Part shown: positions 1 through 10,510 of the stretch, piece after piece
Numbering within the stretch: the first letter of the stretch is position 1
Layout: each line of letters opens with the position of its first letter
The notes under the pieces: generated by a model
The model's input: only the letters and a program-made list of their open reading frames with translations
Told to the model about the DNA's origin: nothing
Databases searched by the model: none
Position numbers and translations under genes: made by a program
NCBI GenBank assembly: GCA_016618085.1
Contig: JABLTG010000118.1
Coordinates: forward strand, 44,696 to 64,632
Length of the DNA: 19,937 nucleotides
DNA from: Neovahlkampfia damariscottae
Taxonomy: Eukaryota
Direction of reading: 5' to 3'

Positions 1-1
1 C

Positions 2-154
2 AGAACAAAATTAGATTTTCAAGAATATTTAAGAATTTCATTAAAATGTCGTTATGAAGCTGATTGTTGGAAAGAAGAAGCTGCTGAACATTATGATGAA
101 TGTGAAAAACAATGTGGTGGTAGTTCATTCAAAGTTGGTTTCAAAAAATTATAA
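2..154 (+). CDS. 3' end of an unknown gene entering from the left edge (...RISLKCRYEADCWKEEAAEHYDECEKQCGGSSFKVGFKKL*)
   Basis: Open frame from nt 2 to TAA at 152-154 with codon usage like neighbouring genes, followed by an AT-rich spacer. No family recognised. Confidence 0.65.
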   Translation, partial: RTKLDFQEYLRISLKCRYEADCWKEEAAEHYDECEKQCGGSSFKVGFKKL

Positions 155-217
155 ATCAAAACATCATTATTGAATATAGATTAATTAAAATTTTTGTTAT
201 ATTCTAAAGTAAACTAA

Positions 218-222
218 CCAAT
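218..222 (+). promoter_or_regulatory. CCAAT box upstream of ATG 246
   Basis: aaCCAATaa, 23 nt before the ATG; the same motif recurs at all confidently placed gene starts. Confidence 0.6.
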
Positions 223-245
223 AAAAATCATTCGAACAAAAAAAC

Positions 246-3200
246 ATGTCACTAAAGCCTGAAGACAGTCCAAAGACACGCGGAAGAAAACGTACAGGTG
301 GTGGAATAATGCAATCCACATTTCTTATCACAGAAGATAATAAAGTTGTTCCAGAATCAACTACAATTAGTTCCGAAAAAAAAAATTACGAAAAAACTCA
401 AATTCAGACACTAAAAAGTGAAAAAAGTGAAAAAATTGATATTCCAATATCATTTGAATCGGACATCGATAAAAGTTCACCAATAATCAAAGAATCTTTG
501 GAGAAAGAAACAAATGTTGTTGAAGTTGATCAACCTGTTGAAAAGAAAAAAAGGGTAAAGTTTTCTGTATTTAGAAAAGAAACACCAACAAAATCTTTCA
601 TTAAATCTGATAAAACACCTGAACAATTATTCAGAGAAAGACAAATAAAAAAAAAAGAACAAAGAATACCATTATATCCTGGAGATATCAATAATCAAGA
701 AGAAGGTGTACTTTCAACATCAGGAATTTTATTTTTTCATCATTGGGTAATCAATAAAAAATTATTAACAATATGACAAAATAATAGCTTACAGCAGGAA
801 ATTATCATATAACTGTTGAAAAAGAAGATCTTTATGACAAAACACCATTACTTGTAAGTGTAGATATATTAAGGGAAGGTGATACAAAAGATAATGTTTA
901 TACAACATCATCAGTTCCTTTACTTGAAAAAATTCAAATCGAAAATGTTTCTGTCAAAAGTCAAAAAGTGGTTGATTTATTTTTGATGACTTTAACAGTT
1001 ACAAAAGGACAAGCTTCTAGACAAAGTAATAGACAATCATCAAGAGGAGGTACTGATACACAACAAAATATCATTATTACTATTGAACAAGGTTAGTTGT
1101 TATTGAAAATTAAAAAAAAAAAGATTGTTCTTTAACCTTTGAACAAAAATTAATACTTTATGGTTCCAATTCTTATAGAATTGAAAATTTAATTTCTTCA
1201 GTATATCATTTTTTATTGGTTTATTTTTTTTTACTTTAGATTGGACCTGGTTTGTATGTTGTTAGAATTGAAAAATCAATTCTTAATACAGATGAAGAAG
1301 ACGAAACATTTTCTGCTTCATTAGAAGTTGAAGATGTTCAATTAAATTTTTTAGAACAAAAAAAAGATACAACATATTTTCCACCATTTTTTTTACATCC
1401 AGATTTTGCTGAATATGATGAAGAAGCAAGAGTTATTATAAAAATACAAAAAGATTCAAAAAGAGTTAATTTTGAAACAACTAAAAGAGTAAAATATAAT
1501 TACACACTTCAAATTATACAAATATTAGATAAATATGGTAAAGATATTAAAAAAATAAAACTGATTAGATCTTGATTATTTATTAAAAGATGAATCTAAT
1601 ATTGAATTAGAAAGACATTTTTTAACATTATTAAAAACAGCTAATTTGAATCATGATATTGAAATGATTAATTCAATAATTGAACAATGTGAAAATACTA
1701 AATCATATAAAGATATTCATCCATTAAGATTAGTTTTACATGAAGCAAATGAAACTAAAAAGAAATTATTTCAAGAATTAGAAATTAAAAAATTATTGAG
1801 AGAAAGTATAAAATTAAGAAATTATAAAGAAATAACAAAATTATGTAATATTGCATTAAATATACCAAATTTAACAAGAGAAGTAAAAAGAGCACAAATT
1901 GTATTAGAAGATATTTCCAAAGAGAATTCAATTTATGCTGATATTGGAAAAGAATTAGAAATATTTGTTGATAATATAAAATTATATGTATTTAATAAAT
2001 CATTATCACAAGAAGATCAAAAAAAAAGAATTAAAATTCAACAAAGTATTTTAGAAAAAGTAACAAAACCAAGATCATTAGGTTATTTACTTTTAACTTT
2101 ATGGATTGATACTTATGAATTTATAAATTTAAAAGATTGGACAAATGTTTATGTTACTTATTTAAGAATTTATTATTTAATTCAAAGACGAATGGATTCA
2201 ATTATTAATGATTCATCTTCAGAATTAAATTCAAAAATTGAAGAATTAAAACAAAATGTAAATGATGCAAAAATTAAAAAAAAAGAAACAACAAAAATGA
2301 TTGAAAAATTAAAAGTTAAAATACCTGATGATATTGAAATATCTGATGATACAGATATGCAATATGCAGGTGATATTGAAGAAAATATAATTAATCAAGT
2401 AATAAGTTATTTAATAATTACAATTAAATCAAAATTATTAATTGTTGAATCAGATGATTCACAATCAAATTTATCAAATCAATCAATTGGTTCTCCTATA
2501 ATGGATAGAAGTACAAGTTTTTCTTTATTAAAATCAAATTCAAATAATACTTCATTTGTTAAACCAACAAAAAGAATACATCAATTTATAGATGATTCAA
2601 TAAAATCAATCAATTTCTCTGAATATTTTAATGATGATAGTTTGATTCAATTATAAAATATCTAATTGTTTTTAAAAAAAGGTGAATTAATTGATATCAT
2701 TGAATCTTCACAAGAAGAAATTTCAGATTTTATTGATAATTGTTATGACGAAGATTTAGATCCAAAAATATTTTTAGATGAAACAGAAGGTTCTAAAATT
2801 GGTGATATTATTAGAAAAAGAGTATTTCCTTTAATTTATTTTTCTTTAAAATTTGGATTGGATGAAAAATATCATGTTTTTGATTATGTTTCAAAATCAT
2901 CTGAAGAAAAATTTGGTGATGTTTTAAGAGAAATTGAATTCAATGTATCAAAACATCATTTAATTAAACAAAATGAAACAAATTTAAAATTAGTTAAACT
3001 TAGAATTTTATTATCAAGGGCTTATTCGTAATTTGGTTTTCATTTTTTAAACTATTTTTAGAAACAAAAGATTCAAAGAATTAGGTGATCAAATTTTTAA
3101 TTTTATCAATTCAAATGATTTTTATAACGAAAATTCTTATGTTAGGGGTAGTGGTAAATACTCAAAAATTCGAAGAAGAATTCTTGGATTATTTTCAAAG

Positions 3201-3269
3201 GCTTCAGTTAGAATTGTTTTATTTGATACTGTTGAAGAAAATGAATACGAATTAGAAGACTATTATTGA
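246..3269 (+). CDS. ~934-aa protein, 7 exons, with a C-terminal RUN-like domain
   Basis: ORFs 246, 1252, 1646 and 2666 join in frame through GT-AG introns 747-787, 1092-1123, 1201-1239, 1538-1568, 2640-2681 and 3028-3061; stop TGA 3267-3269. The C-terminus carries RUN-like blocks in order: LIYFSLKFGL, HVFDYV, KLRILLSRAYSNKRF, FYNENSYV, ILGLFSKASV. Confidence 0.75.
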
Positions 3270-3367
3270 TTATTTTTAATTAAATTTTTATAACACGATT
3301 CTCATTTGATTTTATGTTGAGTTGTACAAAGTTGTGAGATCGAGGTAACTTGAACGCTAAGGTTTTT

Positions 3368-3401
3368 ATTGGTTAAATTCTCAAGAATTCTCCTATCCAA
3401 T
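3368..3401. promoter_or_regulatory. Pair of CCAAT boxes upstream of the M8 protease
   Basis: ATTGG 3368-3372 and CCAATCA from 3397; ATG at 3433. Confidence 0.6.
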
Positions 3402-3432
3402 CATTAAATTTTAACGTTGTAGTTTCGCAAAC

Positions 3433-6274
3433 ATGAAGAATTGGTCAATATTTTTTTTACTTCTGCTGAACCTTTTGATGTTTGTTCGCCCAAGAACAAA
3501 AGCTACAACTTATGAACCGATACGAATAACATTTGACACATCTTATTTGTCAAGTGATCCAGGAAAGATTTGTCTTAACACTGGAGAAAAAATTAGAAGA
3601 GGAACACCTGCTACGAGTAATATATGGTGCGGTGGGTTCACTGAGAATTGTTATCTAAATTGTACTTTGATTTTGTTTATTTTATTATTTTTTAGGTACC
3701 CAATTTGATTTAGTTACTTATGCTAATACTGTACCATATTTTCAAGAATTGTTAGCATATGCAAAGGTTCATTTATTTCTTATTAATTTTTATCTTCAGA
3801 CTGAAGTTGAAAAAGTTATAAAAGTCAATAGATTAACTTCTTCTCTCAAAGCTAACTCTACTACTTGTGGAAATACAGCAAAATTAGGAGTTAATGTTCC
3901 AAATAGTATGATAGTTACTGGTTCTACAAATACTGATTTGTATATTATTGTTACTTTTCGTCCTATGCTTTCAAGTGAAAAAGAATCATTTTCTTTTGAT
4001 TGTTTAACTGATTCTTCATCGAATGACAGACCAATACTGGGTCATATGAACTTAAATCCAAAAGATTTTATAGCTGTATCAAAAGAAACAGCTCAAAGAA
4101 GAGTTTTGCATGAAGTTATTCATCTACTTGGATTTTCAAAGAACAAATTTCTCACTTACAAAACTGAACGTTAGAATTTTAAACTTAATTAATATTTCTC
4201 AAGTTGGTGTTCCTAGGACATCAGTGACAAATACAATTGCTACATCTCACAATGGAGAAACAGTTCAAATTACTTATCTTACTTTACCAACTGTGATGGC
4301 TTTAGGAAAAAAATTTTTTGGTTGTAGTTTATATCAAGGAGCTCAGCTTGAAGATTTAACAGGAAATGATGATCATTTGGAAAAAAAAATATATTATAAT
4401 GATATAATGACAGGAGATTTATCAACAATTGCTGGAGTAAGAAGAGTTTTTATTTTTATATGTTATTAGCCTTCTGCAATGATTAGTCCATTTACATTAG
4501 CTATTTTAGCTGATTCAGGTTATTATGAAGTGAATTATGATTATACATCAGAATATACTTGGGGTCAAGGTCTTGGTTGTGAATTTGTGAATAATAGATG
4601 TGAAGATTGGGCAAAGTAAGAAGTGAACACAAATTAAAATAATTTAGAATTAAGAATATTGATGGTTATTTTTGTGGAACGACCACAGGAAATGATAATA
4701 ACCATTGTACTTATGATTTTAATTCAAAAGGTGTTTGTGATGCAGTCTACTACTCAACTGCTGTTCGAAACTTTTTTCAACATTTTACTGATAATCGTCT
4801 TGCTGGACCTATAGGAAGTGATATTAGAAATCTTTGTCCATTGTATAAAACACTTTCTTCTTCAGATTGTAGATTAACACCAGCTCCTGGTATAGTTATT
4901 GATTATGAAAATACTGGTCAACAATACAGTAATATCAGGTTTGGATAATTAAACAACTAATCAATTAGTAAATGTTTTAGAGCAGATTTGTGGTCAAAAT
5001 CAAGTTTTCAAGTTAGAGATTCAAAAATTGCGAGATGTCATCAATACGCCTGTGAAAATGGAACAAATTTGTATGTAAAAATTGGACAGAATTGGATAAA
5101 TTGTCCAAGTGAAGAAACATTAACAGCAAGTATGAGTCAAAAATATTTATTCACATTATTTTAGTTCCTGGTTTTTCTGGAGCATTGTATTGCCCAAATA
5201 TTCGACAAATTTGTCCTGAAAACTTGTAAGCTTTTTATTTACCATTCTCTTAATTTTGTCAGTACTTCACCACATTTTTCAACAAGAATTTCAGATCCAT
5301 CCTTGAATCAAAATGAAAATTTATGGATTACTGGAGTATTAGTTTTTGTTCAAAAAATACCATCATATGTGTGGGTTATGTGGATTTTATTAGCCATTTC
5401 AATTATATTTGTTCTTATTACCATTGCAATTTGGAGAATTGTTCATCGACGTGTATACAAAAAGAAAGATGAAGATGCAGTTTATGTTGAAGATGAAACA
5501 AGAGAATATTATGAAGAAATGGAAAGAAGAGATATGGAAGATTTAGAAATGGAATTAAAAAAAAAAGAAAAACAACAAGAAATTGCACAACAATATGCAG
5601 GTGATGAAGATATTGAATTAAAACAGATTGATATATTTGAAGATCAAAATAAAGAAGTTGCAAATTCAGAGAAAACTACTTCAATACCAATATTAAATCT
5701 TGATGAATCAACAACTCAAAATTATGATGAAAATGTTGTGAAAAAAGATAATTATTCAGATACTTCAGATGATGAAGATGTAAAGAAGAAAAAGAAATCA
5801 AAAACAATAATTATTCAAGATGGATCAGATAATTCTGAAGAAGTGAAAAAGAAAAAAAAGAAAAAGAAAAAGAAACATTATGAAGAAGAAGAAGATCAAC
5901 AAGAAGAACAAAATGAAGTGGTTGAAGAAGATTTTGAAGAAAAAAAAATGAAAAAGAAAAAATCAAAAAAAAAATTTGAAGATAATTTTGAAGATAATGA
6001 AGAACAAGTAGAAGAGAAAAAGAAAAAGAAAAAGAAAAAAAAGAAACATTATGAAGAAGATGAAGAAGAAGAAATTGAGAATTTGGAAGTTGAAGAAGAA
6101 ACAAAAAAGAAAAAGAAAAAAAAAAAAAAGAAACATCTTGAAGAAGAAGAAGAGGAAGAAGAATCACAACAACAACAACAAGAAAATGAAGATGATACAC
6201 AAGAAGAAACAAAAAAGAAAAAGAAAAAAAAGAAAAAGAAATATGTTGAAGAAGAAGAGGAAGAAGAAGAATAA
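3433..6274 (+). CDS. Leishmanolysin/GP63-family (peptidase M8) zinc metalloprotease, ~857 aa, type I membrane protein
   Basis: Introns 3662-3695, 3767-3799, 4170-4203, 4437-4469, 4616-4647, 4939-4968, 5130-5164 and 5226-5262 give one frame. Signal peptide, then PIRITFD, RPILGHMNLNP, HEVIH (HExxH), FFGC..GAQLED, DHLEKK (third Zn ligand), NDIMTG (Met-turn), ISPFTLAILADSGYY, WGQGLGCEF, a Cys-rich C-domain, a hydrophobic TM segment (~5365-5435) and a charged tail. Confidence 0.92.
5846..6271 (+). repeat. Four coding repeats of K10-(HY/HL/YV)-E-run
   Basis: Lysine blocks at 5846-5875, 6017-6046, 6104-6133 and 6212-6241 are each 30 nt (10 Lys), each followed by two residues and an acidic run. Confidence 0.95.
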
Positions 6275-6306
6275 TTATATTCTCAATAAATTTTATAGAT
6301 TTTAAT

Positions 6307-6774
6307 CTATTCATTCATTTCTGATGTAAAATCATCCCACAAACTTTTTTCTTGCATTTCCATATCATACACAGATTCGTGTCGATGTTCCACCCATATT
6401 TCATCAAAATTTAATTCTTTGGAACTCAATGCCAAAACTTCTTCTAAAAAACTCTTTTCTTGAAAAGAACCTGCTTCACTACTCGCTTCAGAATTTCCAT
6501 CATTAAAAATACATTTTTCTACAAGGTGTTCACTTCGAATTGTTTCATCAATTGGTTGCAGACAATCTTGGTGAAATTAAATATTGTAAATTTCCCATAC
6601 CTGTTGCATAACTCAGTGCAGTTCCATCTGGTTTTACCATTAAAAATAACATTTCTACACCAGTATCTTTTAAATCCTTAATCTTTGGAAATATGTTAAC
6701 TATAATAATTTATTCACTTGTTTAAGGATGTTGTTGACTTTTTCATCAACTTCTTCCACTGAAGTTGTTTTCAT
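6307..6774 (-). CDS. 132-aa divergent SRF/MCM1-type MADS-box-like protein (not in the ORF track)
   Basis: ATG 6774; introns 6683-6717 and 6567-6600; TAG 6307-6309. Translation MKTTSVEEVDEKVNNILKQIKDLKDTGVEMLFLMVKPDGTALSYATDCLQPIDETIRSEHLVEKCIFND... parallels SRF IMKKAYELSTLTGTQVLLLVASETGHVYTFATRKLQPMITSETGKALIQTCLNS. CCAAT and TATAAAAG lie just upstream on the minus strand. Confidence 0.7.
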
Positions 6775-6984
6775 GAAGTCTCTCGAACGATTGGTCAAAT
6801 CTCCGCAACGGAAAAACTCTACTTTTATACCAAGAAGTTAAAAACCCATAAAATGGAGAGTATTTCAAATTTAATAATTGAAATCTTCATGAGTTTAAAA
6901 ATTTATTTTTCTTTTTCTTTATGATTCTGATTTGTTATTTTTCTCCAATCAGATTATTTTCAAAAAACAATCGTTATTGGAGAC
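6775..6984. promoter_or_regulatory. Bidirectional promoter region between the MADS-like gene and the formin
   Basis: 210 nt between divergent ATGs; ATTGG 6790-6794, minus-strand TATAAAAG 6822-6829, CCAATCA from 6945, ATTGG 6976-6980. Confidence 0.65.
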
Positions 6985-9900
6985 ATGTCCTTGCGTCAAC
7001 TTCAAGCATGGATTGAAAAGGTTTGTGTTACTATCATTAAAGGAGATTTTAATGATTCAAAATCGTTTCATTCTTCAATAAAAAATGGTGTATTGTTATG
7101 TGGGTAATTATTTCTTTTTCGTTTTTACTGTTTCAAGACTAATATCAAAAATATTAAGAAAAGTTGGTAATTTCCACGAAAAACCAGTTGGTATTATGAA
7201 AGAAATTCAAAATTTAGACTATTTTATTAAAGAATGCAAAATATTTGGATTAGAAGTCAACTGGAAAGTATTTTGAAAAAAAAAATTAAAATTTTCATAA
7301 TAGGTTAGAGATTTACATTCAGGAAAAGATTTAAAAGGAGTTGAACAAACACTATTTGAAATTGCAAAGAAATGCGAAACTTTAAAGGATTTTAAAGGAC
7401 CACAATTAAAAGATGTAAAAGAGAAAGAATTAACTGTGACTCCAATAACCAAAACTGATAGCATTAAAATCGAAAAAGATGCACCAAAAGTTGGTGATGA
7501 ATTGACAGAACTTCAAAAACTTGAAGAAGTTAAAAGAAAAAGAGAAGAATTAATGAAAAAAATGAATAGAAGAGGTGAAACCAGTTTATCAAAAGAACAA
7601 ATTGAAAGACAACAAAAATTAGAAATTGCCAGAAAAAAAAAAGAAGAACAAGAAGAAAAAGAAAAAAAAGCAAGACTTGAATATTTAAAAGGTCAAATGG
7701 AAGCAGATAATATTACAAGACTTAAAAAAGAAAAGAAAATGAGAGCACTTTCAATTATGAATACAAAACATGTATTTCAAGAAACATTAACAAAAGAAAA
7801 AAATTTAATGATAAACGTTGAAGAAGAAGAGTTATCTCCAAAATCAACAAATCAATCATTAAGTATTGAAGTACCAAGTACAAATAATAATACAACAACA
7901 ACAACAAGTCCAAATAAATCAAAACCAAGATCACCAAGATCATTTGGAGCACTTTCTTCAACAGATGATGAATCAAATAATATTGAAAATATTTTAAAAG
8001 TTTTAAATGAACCAATGAATAATGGATCTGTTAATTTAACATTTTTAAAGAATTTAAATGATTTAATATTAAAGAAAGATACAGATTGGAATGTTAAATT
8101 AGTTGAAGATAAAGGATTTCTTCAAATAACAAAATATTTATTAACAACTGATAAAAAAACAAGAAGTTTAGAAGATGATTCATTTCAAGAAGTATGTGTA
8201 AAGTGCATTGAATCAATGATGAAAAAAAGTATTGCAAATAATTATTTAGTATCTGAGGTACCTGATGTACCAAAGAGTTTATTTTTAATTTTATCAAATT
8301 CAAATGAAAAAATGAAAAAGAAAATACTTGTACTACTTTCAATGATTGGATCACATAGTGAATTGGGATTTTGGGCAATTTTAGATGCAGCCAATAATTA
8401 TAGAGTTATTAAAAAAGAAACAAAAAGATTTTATGATTTAGTTGGTTTATTAAAAGGAACAAAAGATGAAAGATTACAAGCATCTATCATTATTTTAGTA
8501 AATACAATTGTTAATTCTGCAACTGATAAACCAACAAAAGTTATACTTAAAAATGAATTCATTTCATTAGGTTTTATGGAAATAGTTGATAAAATTAAAT
8601 CATCTTCAATTCAATCATCTGGTTTAAAAAATCAAATTCAAGATTATGAAAAGATATTTACTTTAGATGAATTTGATCAAGATATTGAAATGACAATATC
8701 AAATATCTCAAATCCAAATGAAATTATGAATGTTTTAAGATTTAAATTGAGTAATACAAATTGTTTTTCTTCTTTTAGGAATACTTTACAACAACTTTTA
8801 ATTTTATCAACAAATGATGATGAAAATAAAGTTACAAATACTTGGTCTCAATTAGAAAAAATGTTAGATAAATCTGTTGGTTATGGTCAATTAATTATTG
8901 AATCAGAAAAAGAAAAAAAATTACAAGATCAAGTTTTAACACAACAAAATCAAATTTCATTTTTAGAAACTAAAATTTCTAATTTAAAAGTTGATGAATT
9001 GAAACAACAAATTACAGACTTGAATAACAAAGTTACTCAAATGGAAAAAATGGGTGTTCCTTCAAAAGATAATTCACCAACAGGTGGTCCATTAATGACT
9101 GAACCAACAGGAGGACCATCGATGATTGAACCAACAGGAGGACCACCAATGAGTGCTCCAACAGGGGGACCACCAATGGCACCTACAGGAGGACCAACAG
9201 GGGGACCACCAGGACCAATTCCAATGGGAGGACCATCAGGGGGACCACCTGGTCCACCTCCAATGGGAGGTCCATCAGGAGGACCTCCAGGGCCACCAGG
9301 TATGGGTCCATCAGCAGGACCATCATTACCAAAATTACCAAATTTAGTTCCAAGTGTTGCAACAAGAAATATTTATATTGATCAACTATCTAAAATTAAA
9401 GTTGGAAAAACACTTTGGATAACAAAAAATGTTACTGAAAAAACAAATGATGTGAAAATTGACGCAAAGAATTTAGAAAAATTATTTGCTGCGACACCAA
9501 AAAAAGATGTTTCAGTTGGAAATGATAAAGAAAAGAAACCAGAAGTTATTTCTTTAATTGATCCAAAAAAATCTAATAATGTTAATCTATTTCTTGGGTA
9601 TTTAAGAATACCTAATGAAATAATTTATAAAGCAATTGTTGAAATGGATGAAGAAGCATTATCACAACAAAATATTGCAGCATTAAAAGAAAAAGCACCA
9701 ACACCTGAAGAAATTGATACATTATCAAATTATGATGGAGATGTGAATGTACTCGCAAATTGTGATAAATTTTATCTTTCAATTAAAGATATTCCAAGAT
9801 TTGAAGGAAGATTGAGTTGTTGGAATTTTAAAATTAAATTTGATCAAGATGTTGCATCTATTAGACCTGATATCGAAGCAGTTGTTTCTGCTGCAAATGA

Positions 9901-10501
9901 AATATCTGAAAGTTCAATTCTTAGAGAATTCTTATCAGTTATTTTAGCAATTGCAAATTTTTTGAATGGAAAATCACCAAAAAAGAATTGTTATGGATTT
10001 AAACTTTCTTCTTTATCAAAGTTAAAAGAAACAAAATCTTCAAATGGTAAAACCAATTTATTACAATACATTGCACTATTTGTATCATCAAAATATCCAA
10101 ATCTCTTAAAAATTCAAGAAGATTTGCCAAATTTAGAAGCTGCAACAAGAGTTGCTTTACCAGAAGTGATGAATGAATATAGAAAAATTCAAAGTGGAAT
10201 CAAAGAGTTGAAAAAAGAAATTGAGTTTTCAAAAGAATCAACTTTAAAAGGTGACAAATTTTTGAAGGTGATGACACCATTTTGCACAAAAGCAGAATCT
10301 GAAGTAACAAAAATTGAAAAAGCGTCCTCTGATTTGACAAAATCATTGAAAGAAATGGCAATTTTATTTGGGGAAGATGATAAAATGATCTCTAAAGATC
10401 CATCAATAATTTTTTCTCTTATTAATAATTTTGTGAATGATTTTATGGCTTCTTATCAAGATATGATCAGAAAAACTGAAAAAACAAAGAAAAAAAAATA
10501 A
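6985..10501 (+). CDS. Formin, ~1148 aa: N-terminal calponin-homology domain, coiled coil, GBD/FH3-like, FH1, FH2
   Basis: ATG 6985 and introns 7104-7137, 7268-7303 extend ORF 7436 upstream with CH motifs (WIEKV, IKNGVLLCGLI, IQNLDYFIKECKIFG, DLHSGKDLKGV). FH3-like LVNTIVNS...NEFISLGF; Pro/Gly FH1; FH2 motifs LIDPKKSNN, APTPEE, ANFLNG, GFKLSSLSKLKETKS, NLLQYI. Confidence 0.93.
9076..9300 (+). repeat. FH1 region built from tandem P(T/S/M)GG(PP) units
   Basis: PTGGPLMTE PTGGPSMIE PTGGPPMSA PTGGPPMA PTGG PTGGPPGPI PMGG PSGGPPGPP PMGG PSGGPPGPPG; recurrent ccaacagg(a/g/t)gg(a/t)cca DNA units and locally high GC. Confidence 0.9.
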
Positions 10502-10510
10502 ATTTCCTAT

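Noticed and set aside
246..5300. Fragmented ORFs as pseudogenes or stop-codon reassignment
   Set aside because: Every break is bridged by a 29-42 nt GT-AG intron that restores frame and motifs; TAA, TAG and TGA all serve as terminal stops.
5418..6314. ORFs 5418-5663(-), 5811-6314(-) and 6051-6305(+)
   Set aside because: Antisense or shifted-frame shadows of the low-complexity K/E tail.
6460..6681. Plus-strand 73-aa ORF
   Set aside because: Antisense to the spliced MADS-like gene, TTG start, no recognisable features.
6795..6890. Upstream ATG 6890(-) as the start of the MADS-like gene (MKISIIKFE...)
   Set aside because: It hits TAA after 21 codons; joining needs an atypical GAG acceptor and still does not restore MADS basic-region spacing. 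ATG 6774 fits the CCAAT pattern. Not fully excluded without 5' RACE.
9076..9300. GC-rich repeat as a CRISPR array or mobile element
   Set aside because: In-frame Pro/Gly codon repeats of FH1; no constant repeat with unique spacers, and the context is eukaryotic.
7219..9365. Small ORFs 7219-7464, 7755-8015, 8094-8378, 9153-9347 and 9183-9365
   Set aside because: Shadows of the formin CDS and its FH1 repeat.
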